A stretch of DNA of 62,081 nt from Acidimicrobiia bacterium (GTDB lineage Bacteria > Actinomycetota > Acidimicrobiia > Spongiisociales > ZC4RG35). A program made the translations under genes and the position numbers. The stretch is from positions 1-62,081 of the forward strand of contig JBIOVB010000130.1 in NCBI GenBank assembly GCA_044867525.1, given 5' to 3'. The notes beneath the pieces are model-generated. The model saw only the letters and a program-made list of their open reading frames with translations. It ran no database searches and was not told the origin of the DNA. This document shows positions 35,570-44,586 of this stretch, one piece after another. Within the stretch, counting starts at the first letter, position 1; each line of letters opens with the position of its first letter.

Positions 35570-36685
35570 GTGGATTTGCTCGCTGACCCGATTGCCGGCC
35601 TGAGGAGCAGAGCTGGCGCCCTGATCACGGTCTATGTCGACCGGCCCAACCCCGGTGGCATGTCGGCGCTTCTCTCCGACCTCCTCAAGCCGGTCCGGGA
35701 ACACGCCGACGGCATGGCCAGGCTGGTGAGAAAGAGCGTCCGCAACGACTCGGAGCGGATCAGGGAGCTAGCCGATCGGTTGGAGGCGGATGCCGCTCCT
35801 GGCTACGCCATCTTCGCATCCGATCTCGACGACGTCTTCGTCCTGGAATCCCTTGCCCATTCGGTGCCGAGCGTCTCTTCTCTCGGGCCCCGCCCCTACC
35901 TGCGGCCGCTTCGCGCCGCCCCGAGGTCGATGCGAGCCGGGGTCATCGTCGCCGACCGCGCCCTGACCCGTGTGTTCGTGGCCAACGACGGAATGATCGA
36001 TGAGATCCACCCTCCCCTGAGCGCAGAGCTCGGCAAGCCAAACTACGGCGGATTTGGCGGATACGAAGAGCAGAGCGTGAGGGCCCATGCCGAGGAGGAG
36101 TCCGCCCGGATGTGGAGGGATGGCGGGGCCCGGCTCCTCGAGTCCCACCTCGATCGCGGGTTCGACTTCCTCGCGATCGGAGGCCACGAGGAGACGACCG
36201 ACGAGATCGCCCGCCATCTCCACCCCTATCTGAGCCGGTTGCATCGGGCGAGCTTCGTCGCCAACCCGAACACGCTGACCTCTGCCGCGCTTCGCTCCGA
36301 ACTGTCGGAACTCGCCTTGGAGATCCGCCACCAACGGCAGGGCGCCCTCGCCGGGAGAGTGTGTGACGTGGCGTGGAGCGGGGGCTTGGCGGTTCTGGGT
36401 GTTCCCCCCACCCTTCATGCGTGCAATGCCCAGGCGGTGGAGTCGATGGTGGTCGCCGGTTCCTTCAGCAAACCCGGTGTGATCTGCAATGCCTGCGGCT
36501 ATCTCGACCGCAGCGGCGGGGCCTGCCCGGTGTGCGGCTCGACGCTTTTCAAGGTCGACGACGTGGTGGCCGCGGCCATGGACGCAACCGTGGCTGCCGG
36601 AGGCAGCGTCTACCAGCTCGAGGTGGCTTCGCCACTCGACGTCGAAGGGGTCGGCGCCCTCATCCGGTTTCCGATCCTGCACTGA
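35570..36685 (+). CDS. Bacterial aeRF1-like (baeRF) protein with zinc ribbon
   Basis: ITVYVD, GYAIFA, PYLRPL, VADRA, GGFGGYEEQ loop, CNACG/CPVCG, GVGALIRF terminus. Confidence 0.82.
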   Translation: MDLLADPIAGLRSRAGALITVYVDRPNPGGMSALLSDLLKPVREHADGMARLVRKSVRNDSERIRELADRLEADAAPGYAIFASDLDDVFVLESLAHSVPSVSSLGPRPYLRPLRAAPRSMRAGVIVADRALTRVFVANDGMIDEIHPPLSAELGKPNYGGFGGYEEQSVRAHAEEESARMWRDGGARLLESHLDRGFDFLAIGGHEETTDEIARHLHPYLSRLHRASFVANPNTLTSAALRSELSELALEIRHQRQGALAGRVCDVAWSGGLAVLGVPPTLHACNAQAVESMVVAGSFSKPGVICNACGYLDRSGGACPVCGSTLFKVDDVVAAAMDATVAAGGSVYQLEVASPLDVEGVGALIRFPILH

Positions 36686-36718
36686 GCCCAGGGTCGGGCT
36701 CCGGTTAGCCTCCATGGA

Positions 36719-37027
36719 ATGCGTGAGACTCTGGAGACACGGCGTGTCTGGGCCGAGCAGGGGAAGCAGATCGCGAAGGCAACCGTGGTAAAAGCCTACG
36801 GGTCCGCCCCCAGAGGCCCGGGATCGATGATGTTGGTCTCCTCGACGGGAGAGATGGAGGGCTCGGTCTCCGGCGGATGTGTCGAGAACGACGTTGTAGT
36901 CCGGGCGATGACGGTCCTGGAGACCGGGGAGCCGGAGCTTGTGACCTACGGGATCGCCGACGATGACGCCTTCGCCGTGGGCCTCGCTTGCGGGGGGACG
37001 ATCCAGGTCTTCATCGAGCCCTGGTGA
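36719..37027 (+). CDS. XdhC/CoxI N-terminal domain protein
   Basis: [24 protein letters not shown]. Confidence 0.9.
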   Translation: MRETLETRRVWAEQGKQIAKATVVKAYGSAPRGPGSMMLVSSTGEMEGSVSGGCVENDVVVRAMTVLETGEPELVTYGIADDDAFAVGLACGGTIQVFIEPW

Positions 37028-37779
37028 GCGACCCGGTACTCGACGCCACCGCCCGACTCGTCGACGAAGACCTCCGGGGTGCGGTGGTGACGGTCATCAC
37101 CGGACCGGAGACCGGGGCCAAGGCAGTCCTCGACGGCAAAGGTGCCGTGATCGCTGGAGACCTGCCTCAATCGATTGCCGATTCCGCCCCCACCGACGCC
37201 GTGGCCCTTATGGACCGGGAGCTGAGCCTGACCCTGGACTACGGGGGCTGCGAGGCGTTCTTCGAGGTGCTGGCTCCCCGACCCCGGCTGTTCGTGTTCG
37301 GCGCAGTGCACATCGCCCAGGAGCTGGTCCGCCATGCTTCCCTGCTCGGCTTCAGCATCGTTGTGGCCGATCCTCGCCCCGCGTTCGTGACCACGGAGCG
37401 CTTCCCCGAGGCCGACGAGTTGCGGGTGGGATGGCCGGGAGAGGTCTGCGACGCCGAGTCCTTCGACGAGCGGACATTCATCGTGGTGCTCACCCATGAT
37501 CGACGGTTCGAGGATCCGCTATGGCCAATCGTGCTCCCCTCGCCGACGCGCTATCTGGGAGCAATGGGATCGTCGAAAACGACCGCGAAGCGACGGGAGC
37601 GGCTCCTGGCCGGAGGTTTCACCGAGGAGCAGGTGGACCGGATCCATGGGCCGATCGGTCTCGACATCGGCTCCCGCACCGCCGGCGAGACCGCGATCGC
37701 CATCCTCGCTGAGATGATCTCGGTGCGCTACCTAACAGACCGGCCCCCGAGCCTGATCGGCAAGCCGACGAGGCTCTGA
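37024..37779 (+). CDS. XdhC C-terminal (Rossmann) domain protein
   Basis: [36 protein letters not shown]. Confidence 0.9.
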   Translation: MSDPVLDATARLVDEDLRGAVVTVITGPETGAKAVLDGKGAVIAGDLPQSIADSAPTDAVALMDRELSLTLDYGGCEAFFEVLAPRPRLFVFGAVHIAQELVRHASLLGFSIVVADPRPAFVTTERFPEADELRVGWPGEVCDAESFDERTFIVVLTHDRRFEDPLWPIVLPSPTRYLGAMGSSKTTAKRRERLLAGGFTEEQVDRIHGPIGLDIGSRTAGETAIAILAEMISVRYLTDRPPSLIGKPTRL

Positions 37780-37811
37780 CCACTGGTGGCCCATCCACTA
37801 GGTTCCCACGC

Positions 37812-38408
37812 ATGTCGACGGCCGCCGTGATCCTCGCTGCCGGTGGCTCGAGGCGACTGGGCCGGCCCAAGCAACTCGAGCCGTGGGGCGACACCAACCT
37901 CCTGGGCCACGTGGTGGCCCGGACCGCCGAATTCGCCGTCGACGAGATCTGGGTGGTTGTCGGGCACGAGTCGGAGCGCATTTTGGAGCAGACCGAGCTC
38001 GGTGACGCCGCAGTGGTGGAGAACCCGGAGTGGGAAGAGGGGATCGCTTCATCCATTCGCGTCGGCCTCGATGCCCTCAACCGCCTCTCTCGTTGCGACC
38101 GGGCGTTGATCGTGATCGGTGATCAGCCTGGAGTGTCCGCCGACGTGGTCGACGAGTTGATGACCTCGCATGCCCGCTCCGGCAGGCCGGTGAGCGTCCC
38201 CAAGTACCGGTATTTATCGGGCAACCCGGTTCTCGTCGACCGGCCCCTATGGCCGCGGTTGATGTCCCTCGAGGGCGACGAAGGTGCAGGTCGACTGTGG
38301 CAGGCGCACCCGGAGTGGGTCAACGAGGTGTGGTTCTCGGACCTCGCTCCGAGGGACGTCGACACCGAGGTCGACGTCGTCGAGATGAGGCCCAAACACC
38401 CGGCCTGA
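37812..38408 (+). CDS. Molybdenum cofactor cytidylyltransferase (MocA-like)
   Basis: LAAGGSRRLGRPKQL, GIASSI, GDQP, GNPVL, GDEGA, DVDT. Confidence 0.88.
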   Translation: MSTAAVILAAGGSRRLGRPKQLEPWGDTNLLGHVVARTAEFAVDEIWVVVGHESERILEQTELGDAAVVENPEWEEGIASSIRVGLDALNRLSRCDRALIVIGDQPGVSADVVDELMTSHARSGRPVSVPKYRYLSGNPVLVDRPLWPRLMSLEGDEGAGRLWQAHPEWVNEVWFSDLAPRDVDTEVDVVEMRPKHPA

Positions 38409-38467
38409 TGGTCTGGTTCTGGGTATAGAGTCCCCGTCGCTCTCGGAGTCGAGCGGAGAAGGGTTTG

Positions 38468-38866
38468 ATGGCTCGGATCGATCAGGTGGCGGGTATCGGT
38501 CTCAAAGAAGCAACCAAGCTGCGCAAGGCCGGCGTCCGGACGAGCAAAGGGCTGATCGAGGTCGCGGGCACCCGCAAGGAACGCGGCGACCTGGCGGCAT
38601 CGCTCGGCTTCGACACCAGGGACCTCCAGCAATGGGTCAACCACTCCGACCTGCTCCGGGTTCGGGGAGTGGGTGCCGAGTACGCCGAGTTGCTGGTTGC
38701 CGCCGGCGTCGACACATTGCGCGATCTGCGCCGCCGGAACCCGACCGCGCTTCTGGCCAAGATCATCGGGCTCAACGGCGAAGCTCGCGTCGTGAGGCGC
38801 CTGCCCACCGAGGCAATGGTCGAGGGCTGGATCGAGGCCTCCAAGGAGATCAAGCCCACGCTTTGA
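38468..38866 (+). CDS. DUF4332 (helix-hairpin-helix) protein
   Basis: GIG, WVNHSDLLRVRGVGAEYAELL..AGVDT, LP...V..WI. Confidence 0.88.
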   Translation: MARIDQVAGIGLKEATKLRKAGVRTSKGLIEVAGTRKERGDLAASLGFDTRDLQQWVNHSDLLRVRGVGAEYAELLVAAGVDTLRDLRRRNPTALLAKIIGLNGEARVVRRLPTEAMVEGWIEASKEIKPTL

Positions 38867-38890
38867 TGGGCTCGCGGAACACTTCGAAAT

Positions 38891-38920
38891 GACCGAGGGG
38901 CCCGAAAGGGCCCCTCGGTC
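38891..38920. terminator. Bidirectional intrinsic terminator
   Basis: Perfect 13-bp stem GACCGAGGGGCCC-GAAA-GGGCCCCTCGGTC between convergent genes. Confidence 0.85.
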
Positions 38921-38939
38921 GGTGTGAGGAGGAGTGAGC

Positions 38940-39431
38940 TCAGGAAGCCTCGTCGGCCTTCGCCGACTCGGACTTCGCCGAGCTCGTCTTCGCAGCCGTG
39001 GACCTGGTGGTCTTGGCAGCAGAAGCCTTGGGAGTGTTCTTGGCGGCCGGCTTCTTGGCCGGGGCCTTGGTGGCGGCGCTCGGTGCGGCCTTCACCTCGG
39101 CTGCCTTGTCGGCGGCCTTCTCGGGACGGAACGACTGGCGCCAGGTGGCCAGGATGTCTTCGAGCTGGTCGCGCAGCTTGCTGACCTGCTCCTTTGCACC
39201 ATCGAGGTCGACCTTCGCGGTGATCTCGTCGACGACCTTGCCGTCGCTGATGCGGTCCACGACCTTCTGGCCCTCGACGGCCCAGCTGTCGATCGCCTTC
39301 TCGGCGACCTTGCTGTACTCGGTGGCTCCGTCGGTGATCTTGGTGCGGAGAACGGTCACTCCCTCGCCCATCCTGCGGGCGGCGACGACCGGAGCTCCAA
39401 CAGTTGCGTAGAGAACGCTTTTCGCCTGCAT
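38940..39431 (-). CDS. HBHA/TadA-like protein with Lys/Ala/Pro-rich tail
   Basis: LYATVGA start, helical core with EGQKVV, AKAPAKKPAAK tail; follows an Rv0474-like regulator. Confidence 0.7.
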   Translation of the reverse strand: MQAKSVLYATVGAPVVAARRMGEGVTVLRTKITDGATEYSKVAEKAIDSWAVEGQKVVDRISDGKVVDEITAKVDLDGAKEQVSKLRDQLEDILATWRQSFRPEKAADKAAEVKAAPSAATKAPAKKPAAKNTPKASAAKTTRSTAAKTSSAKSESAKADEAS

Positions 39432-39433
39432 TG

Positions 39434-39805
39434 CTACTCCTTCTTGGTTTTGGTTTGGGTTACCGAGCCGTTGGGCTCTGCCAACGCCCGGTACATGTCC
39501 ATGAGCACTTTCTTGTGACTCGAGCTCAGCCGCTCGTCGCCCTCTATGGCGTCGAAAACACTCGGCGATTGGGCCTCTTCATCCATCAGGCCGGCCTTGG
39601 AGTACAAGGAGTTCGCCGATATCTCGAGCGCCCGGGAGATCCGGCTCAGAATCTCGGCCGAAGGCTTGCGAATTCCCCGCTCGATCTGACTCAGGTAGGG
39701 ATTGGATATCCCTGCCGAGTCAGCAAGCCTGCGCAGAGAGAGATTGGCTCTTTCCCTCTGCTGCCGGATGAACTCGCCGAGGTCCGGGTGCTTGCTCTCG
39801 TTCAC
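39434..39805 (-). CDS. XRE-family HTH regulator (Rv0474/MLDSR-like)
   Basis: LGEFIRQQR..SLRRLA..GISNPYLSQIERGIRKPSAEIL. Confidence 0.9.
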   Translation of the reverse strand: MNESKHPDLGEFIRQQRERANLSLRRLADSAGISNPYLSQIERGIRKPSAEILSRISRALEISANSLYSKAGLMDEEAQSPSVFDAIEGDERLSSSHKKVLMDMYRALAEPNGSVTQTKTKKE

Positions 39806-39813
39806 TTGTAGGA

Positions 39814-39842
39814 AGCATACAGCAAGCTGCTAACTATTGCAA
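39814..39842 (-). promoter_or_regulatory. Sigma-A-like promoter TTGCAA-N17-TATGCT, leaderless
   Basis: -35 at 39842-39837, -10 at 39819-39814, 8 nt before GTG 39805; flanked by GCAAGC repeats. Confidence 0.65.
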
Positions 39843-39878
39843 GCACGACGCGTGCAGCAGATTCGGCGGCGGCTACCC

Positions 39879-39929
39879 CGAAATTTGGACGGGAAAGGGT
39901 CATATGTTGACCTGACGGTCCAAATTTGG
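39879..39929. repeat. 51-bp palindromic element, subfamily A copy 2
   Basis: CGAAATTTGGAC...GTCCAAATTTGG; inverted homolog of 22427-22477. Confidence 0.85.
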
Positions 39930-39935
39930 AGGTCG

Positions 39936-40670
39936 CTATGCCGTGGTGGCGGCGCCGATGGCATTCCCGATGAGCCAAGCGGCCAGCCCACCGATGCCGG
40001 CGATCAACACGTTCTCGAGGCCGGACCGCAGCCAGCTGTTCCGGGTGACACGGGCCTTGACCACGCCGACCAGGAAGAGGCCGGTCAGCGACAACACCGT
40101 GGCCCAGGCCAAAGCGACCGTTGCCGAATCGAACGCCATGAAGGGCACGATCGAAGGGACCGAGCCCACCAGGAACAGCACGCCCGACGCCAGCATTGCC
40201 CGAATCGGAGAGCGCCGCTCGGATTCGACGAACCCGAATTCGAGAGCCTTCATCGCGTTCAGCATCGCATCGTCAGACCGGGCGAAGGCGCTCACCACTC
40301 CATCGAGGTCCTCGTCGGCGATTCCCATCTCGGAGAACATCTCTCGGAGCTGGCCGATTTCGGTTGGGCGGTAGTCCCGGATGTGCACCCGCTCTAAGGC
40401 GAGCTCGGCCTCGAGGACCTCGTCCTGGGACTTGGTGGCCAGGAATTCGCCGGCAGCCATGGAGACCGCCCCGGCCAGCGCCCCGGCAAGCGCGGTCAGG
40501 AGCACCTGGCTGTTGTCCAGGCCACCCCCGACCACCCCGACCACGAGCAGGAAGATCGAGACCAGGCCGTCGTTGAGCCCGAGGATGATGTCGCGCCAGT
40601 ACTGCCTGGTCTCCCCGATATGAGGCTCGTAGCCAATCGGAGTGTCGCCGGACTCGGTTTCTGGCGTCAT
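39936..40670 (-). CDS. VIT1/CCC1 family Fe/Mn transporter
   Basis: RDIILGLNDGLVS, AGAVSMAAGEFL, acidic metal-binding loop. Confidence 0.92.
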   Translation of the reverse strand: MTPETESGDTPIGYEPHIGETRQYWRDIILGLNDGLVSIFLLVVGVVGGGLDNSQVLLTALAGALAGAVSMAAGEFLATKSQDEVLEAELALERVHIRDYRPTEIGQLREMFSEMGIADEDLDGVVSAFARSDDAMLNAMKALEFGFVESERRSPIRAMLASGVLFLVGSVPSIVPFMAFDSATVALAWATVLSLTGLFLVGVVKARVTRNSWLRSGLENVLIAGIGGLAAWLIGNAIGAATTA

Positions 40671-40704
40671 CGACTCCGGAGATGGTACAGCTGGCGGTCC
40701 CTGC

Positions 40705-41862
40705 TCACAGGGTGTCGACCAGGCCCACGAGGGCGATGAGGGCGGCTTCGATCCCGAAGCCGATCGCCGCCTCGTCCAGCCGGAATGAAGGGGAGTGGAG
40801 GTCACCAACGAACCCACCGGAGCCGAGACGGAATAGAGCGCCCGATGTCCGGTTCAGATAGTGGGAGAAGTCCTCGCCTCCCATGCTCGCCTCGACCGGG
40901 ACGACCACCTCTGATCCAAGAGCCGTGGTCAGCGCTCGAGTCGCCACCTCGACGACCGGCCCATCGTTGACCACGGGCGGTATCGCCTGGGCGTAACGCA
41001 GCGTGTAACTGGCGCCCGACGCGGCGAGCAGGGAGCCGAGAGCCTTGTCGATCAGCCCGGGGAGCGCCCCCCACAGCGAACTGTCCAGCGTTCGGACCGT
41101 GCCCTCCAGCGTGACTCGGGTGGGGATCACGTTCCCTGCCTCCCCACCGTGGATCGAGCCGAATGCGACTGTGAACGGGCTGCGGGGATCGACGGTTCGG
41201 CGGAGGGCTCCGGGCAGCTCGTGGACCACCCGTGCCGCATCGGCGATCAGGTCGACAGTCTGGTGGGGCCGGGCGGTGTGGCCCCCGGGGCCTTCGAGAA
41301 CGATGCTCAGCTTGTCCGCACTCGCGGTGATCGGCCCCACTCGGGCTCCAATCCGGCCCGGGGCAATCGAGGGGTCGACGTGAAAGGCGATGATTGCCTT
41401 GAGGCCGTCGACGAGACCTTCGTCGACGAGGTCGGATGCACCACCGGGGAACGACTCTTCGGCGGGCTGGAAGATGACCCGAACCCCGGCTCCGGGGTCG
41501 AGCCGGCTCAAGGCGACGGCTACGCCGAAGGCGATTGCGGCGTGGGCGTCGTGGCCGCATGCGTGCATCCATCCCCGGTTGATGGAGACCGGCACGTTGT
41601 CTTCCGGCTCTGTGATGGGGAGCGCGTCGAGGTCGGCGCGAAAGGCGACGGTCGGGTTGGCCCCGATATCGAGCCAGAGCCCCGTCGCCGGCGTGCGCTC
41701 CTGAAAGGCGACACCATTCTCGGTGAGTGAGGCCGATATGAGCGCGGTCGTTTGATGCTCCTGATGTGAGGGCTCGGGGTGTCGGTGCAGGAGGCGGCGC
41801 AACTCGATCGCCTGCGGCGTGATTTCCTGCACCAGCCCGGAGATCTCCATGGACCGGGTCAT
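40705..41862 (-). CDS. M20 family amidohydrolase
   Basis: LHRHPE, RADLDALP, HACGHD, FQPAEE, GGHTARPH, GGEDFS. Confidence 0.93.
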   Translation of the reverse strand: MTRSMEISGLVQEITPQAIELRRLLHRHPEPSHQEHQTTALISASLTENGVAFQERTPATGLWLDIGANPTVAFRADLDALPITEPEDNVPVSINRGWMHACGHDAHAAIAFGVAVALSRLDPGAGVRVIFQPAEESFPGGASDLVDEGLVDGLKAIIAFHVDPSIAPGRIGARVGPITASADKLSIVLEGPGGHTARPHQTVDLIADAARVVHELPGALRRTVDPRSPFTVAFGSIHGGEAGNVIPTRVTLEGTVRTLDSSLWGALPGLIDKALGSLLAASGASYTLRYAQAIPPVVNDGPVVEVATRALTTALGSEVVVPVEASMGGEDFSHYLNRTSGALFRLGSGGFVGDLHSPSFRLDEAAIGFGIEAALIALVGLVDTL

Positions 41863-41878
41863 CGGGCGAGCGTACCGC

Positions 41879-44551
41879 TCATTCGTAGAACCTCCTCTCG
41901 AAAACCTGACGCGCCCTCCTGGTGACGCGGCGATAGTGCTCGCGGAGCTCGGCAGCTCGGGAGAAGCCGAGAGATGAGGCGAGGCGCACCAGCTCGTCGG
42001 GATCGGTCGGCATCGAGTCGGACACGCGGCCGGCCTGGAGGTGGAGGCGTAGCCGCACCCGGGTGCAGAACAGGTAGGACTCGATGAGGGTGTCCGCCTC
42101 GTCCCGGGTCAGGAGCTCCAGGCTCCGGAGCGCAGTCAGGGCATCGAGGGTGCCTGGCGTCCGTAGCGACTCGTGCCCCGCCCCGTGGCGCAGCTGCAGC
42201 AGCTGGGTGAGGAATTCGATGTCGCTGAGGCTGCCCCTACCCAGTTTGAGATGGAAGTCCGGGTCCTCGTCGGCCGGGATGCGCTCGTTCTCTACCCTCG
42301 CCTTGATGTCGCGGATCGAGCGCACCGACTCTTCCGGGATCGGCCGACTCCAGATCACGTCCCCGAGAAGCCCGGTGAATGATGCCGACACGTCGGGATC
42401 GCCGGCAACCGGGCGGGCGCGGACCAGTGCCAGGAGCTCCCAGGGCTCCACCCAGTCCTGGTAGTAGCGCCGGTAGCTCTCCAGGGATCGGGCCAGGGGC
42501 CCACGCCGGCCCTCCGGCCTGATCTCGGCGTCGAGGGCGTAGGCCTCGCCGTGGCGCCCCGGCTCGCTGAGCACCCGCCCCAGGTCGGTGGCGACGCGCA
42601 GAGCACGTTGCCGGTCGCTGTCGGATTCGAAGACGTACATGACATCGAGGTCCGACCCATAGGAGAGCTCGAGCCCTCCCCAACGCCCCATGGCCACGAC
42701 CGAGAACCCCGTCGGGTCACGGTCGCTGGAGATATGGAGGGCGCCTGCCACCGCGGCGTCGGCGCTGTCGGCCAGGGTGCGGAGGGTGTCCGCGACCGGA
42801 GCCTCCCCCAGGATGTCCCGGGCGGCGATCCGCAGTTTCCTGCGGCGGGTGAACCTGCGGATCGTCCCCACCTTGGCATCGGGGTCGGGTCGGGAGTCGA
42901 GCAGGGTGATCAACCGCTCGATCTCGCCGTCACGAGGGCGGATGTCACCGAGCAGACGATCGTCGGCGAGCCTGGGGATGAATTCGGGGATGCGGTCGAT
43001 CAACTGGCCGACGAGGCGGCTGGTTCCGAGCAGGAGGCATAGTCGCTCACCCGCCAGCGGGTTGACCTGGAGCAGGGTCACCAGAGCCGAATGGTCGGAG
43101 GTGTTGGCGAGGACGATTCGAAGTTGGGCGAGCCCCAGGTCTGGATTGGGAGAGATCGAGAGCCAGTCGAGCATCAGGGGAAGCATCTGGTGCATCGCCC
43201 GGGACCGTCTGCTGAGGCCTGTTGTCAGCTCCTCGAGGGCGCGTTTGGCGCCGGCGATGTCGGAGAAACCGAGGGAGCCGAGGCGGAGCGAAGCCTCCTC
43301 GACGCCGAGGCGGGCGCTCGATGACCCCACCAGCGCATCCAGGATCGGGCGGAAGTAGAGGCGCTCATGGGCATCGCGCACCACCGACCGGACTTCCTCC
43401 AGCCGGTCCACCAAGCGGCGGTCGGGCTCGGTGTCGAAGCCCAGCGAGCGGCCGATCCGCGCCACGGACCCGGGGTCCGTCGGAAGGTCGTGGGTCTGGC
43501 GCAAGTCCCAGAGCTGGATCCGGTGCTCGACGTTGCGCAGGAATCGATAGGCATCGGCGAGTCTCTCGTGGTCGGCCGCCTCGATGAACCCCATCGCCGC
43601 CAGGGAGTCGAGGGCATCGAGGGTGGCCGGTGCCCTCAGCTCCGGCTCCAGGCGCCCATGGACCAACTGAAGCAATTGGACGGAGAACTCGACGTCGCGA
43701 ATTCCGCCCCGAGAGCGCTTGATGTCGGCAGGCGAGGCGCCCTGCTCCACCTGCTCCTTGATCCGGCGGATGCTCCTCAGGGCTTCGACATCGAGCCCCT
43801 GCTCCCACACCAGGGCACGCGTCAGCTCAACGAATTTCTCGCCCAAGTCGCGATCGCCGGCGGCAAACCTGGCCTTGAGCAGGGCCTGAAGCTCCCAGGG
43901 CTCACCCCAATCGCGGTAGTAGCGGGCATAACTCTCGAGTGTCCTGCTGAGCGGTCCTATCGCCCCCTCCGGCCGGAGGTCGAGGTCCACTTCGAGCGCC
44001 GGACCATCTGGCGTCGGGGTGGAGAGGATGGCGACCAGCCTGCTGGCGAGGGCGAGCGCACCTGCACGGGCTCCGGCACCCTCCTCGGGGTCGGCATGCA
44101 CCAGGATCAGGTCGATGTCCGAGGAGTAGTTGACCTCCAAGGCACCCCACTTGCCCATTGCGATCACGGAGAACGGGAGATTCTCGACTATGGGATGTCG
44201 CTCTGCGGTCGATCGCCGTGCCGTGGTAAGCGCGGCCTCGACGATCCGATCGAGGGCCTCGGAGTATCGGGCCATGGCGACTGTCAGGTCGATGGCTCCG
44301 GACAGGTCGTCACCCGAGATGACGCTCAATGCCCGGTGCACCCGGAGCGTGACATTGGGCTCTTCGGGGTCGCTCGTGAGGAGACCGGGGTGGCGGGCGA
44401 GGCTCCGGCTCAGGATGCGGCTGGCACCGGCGATCGCGGTGGCCCGGCGCAGAGCTGCGGGATCGTCCCGCAGGCCCGGGTCCGCACTGAGGATCGCGGT
44501 CAGCCTCTCCTCGACCTCGGAGTCGAGCCCCCGGCTTTGCTGATCGGTCAC
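41879..44551 (-). CDS. glnE: Glutamine synthetase adenylyltransferase/deadenylase
   Basis: Two NTase domains: MGKWGALEVNYSSDID...DLRPEG and MGRWGGLELSYGSDLD...RPEG; GGIRDVEF. Confidence 0.95.
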   Translation of the reverse strand: MTDQQSRGLDSEVEERLTAILSADPGLRDDPAALRRATAIAGASRILSRSLARHPGLLTSDPEEPNVTLRVHRALSVISGDDLSGAIDLTVAMARYSEALDRIVEAALTTARRSTAERHPIVENLPFSVIAMGKWGALEVNYSSDIDLILVHADPEEGAGARAGALALASRLVAILSTPTPDGPALEVDLDLRPEGAIGPLSRTLESYARYYRDWGEPWELQALLKARFAAGDRDLGEKFVELTRALVWEQGLDVEALRSIRRIKEQVEQGASPADIKRSRGGIRDVEFSVQLLQLVHGRLEPELRAPATLDALDSLAAMGFIEAADHERLADAYRFLRNVEHRIQLWDLRQTHDLPTDPGSVARIGRSLGFDTEPDRRLVDRLEEVRSVVRDAHERLYFRPILDALVGSSSARLGVEEASLRLGSLGFSDIAGAKRALEELTTGLSRRSRAMHQMLPLMLDWLSISPNPDLGLAQLRIVLANTSDHSALVTLLQVNPLAGERLCLLLGTSRLVGQLIDRIPEFIPRLADDRLLGDIRPRDGEIERLITLLDSRPDPDAKVGTIRRFTRRRKLRIAARDILGEAPVADTLRTLADSADAAVAGALHISSDRDPTGFSVVAMGRWGGLELSYGSDLDVMYVFESDSDRQRALRVATDLGRVLSEPGRHGEAYALDAEIRPEGRRGPLARSLESYRRYYQDWVEPWELLALVRARPVAGDPDVSASFTGLLGDVIWSRPIPEESVRSIRDIKARVENERIPADEDPDFHLKLGRGSLSDIEFLTQLLQLRHGAGHESLRTPGTLDALTALRSLELLTRDEADTLIESYLFCTRVRLRLHLQAGRVSDSMPTDPDELVRLASSLGFSRAAELREHYRRVTRRARQVFERRFYE

Positions 44552-44586
44552 GGGGTTCAGGCTAAGGGGAGGCGTAACGTGGCGGT

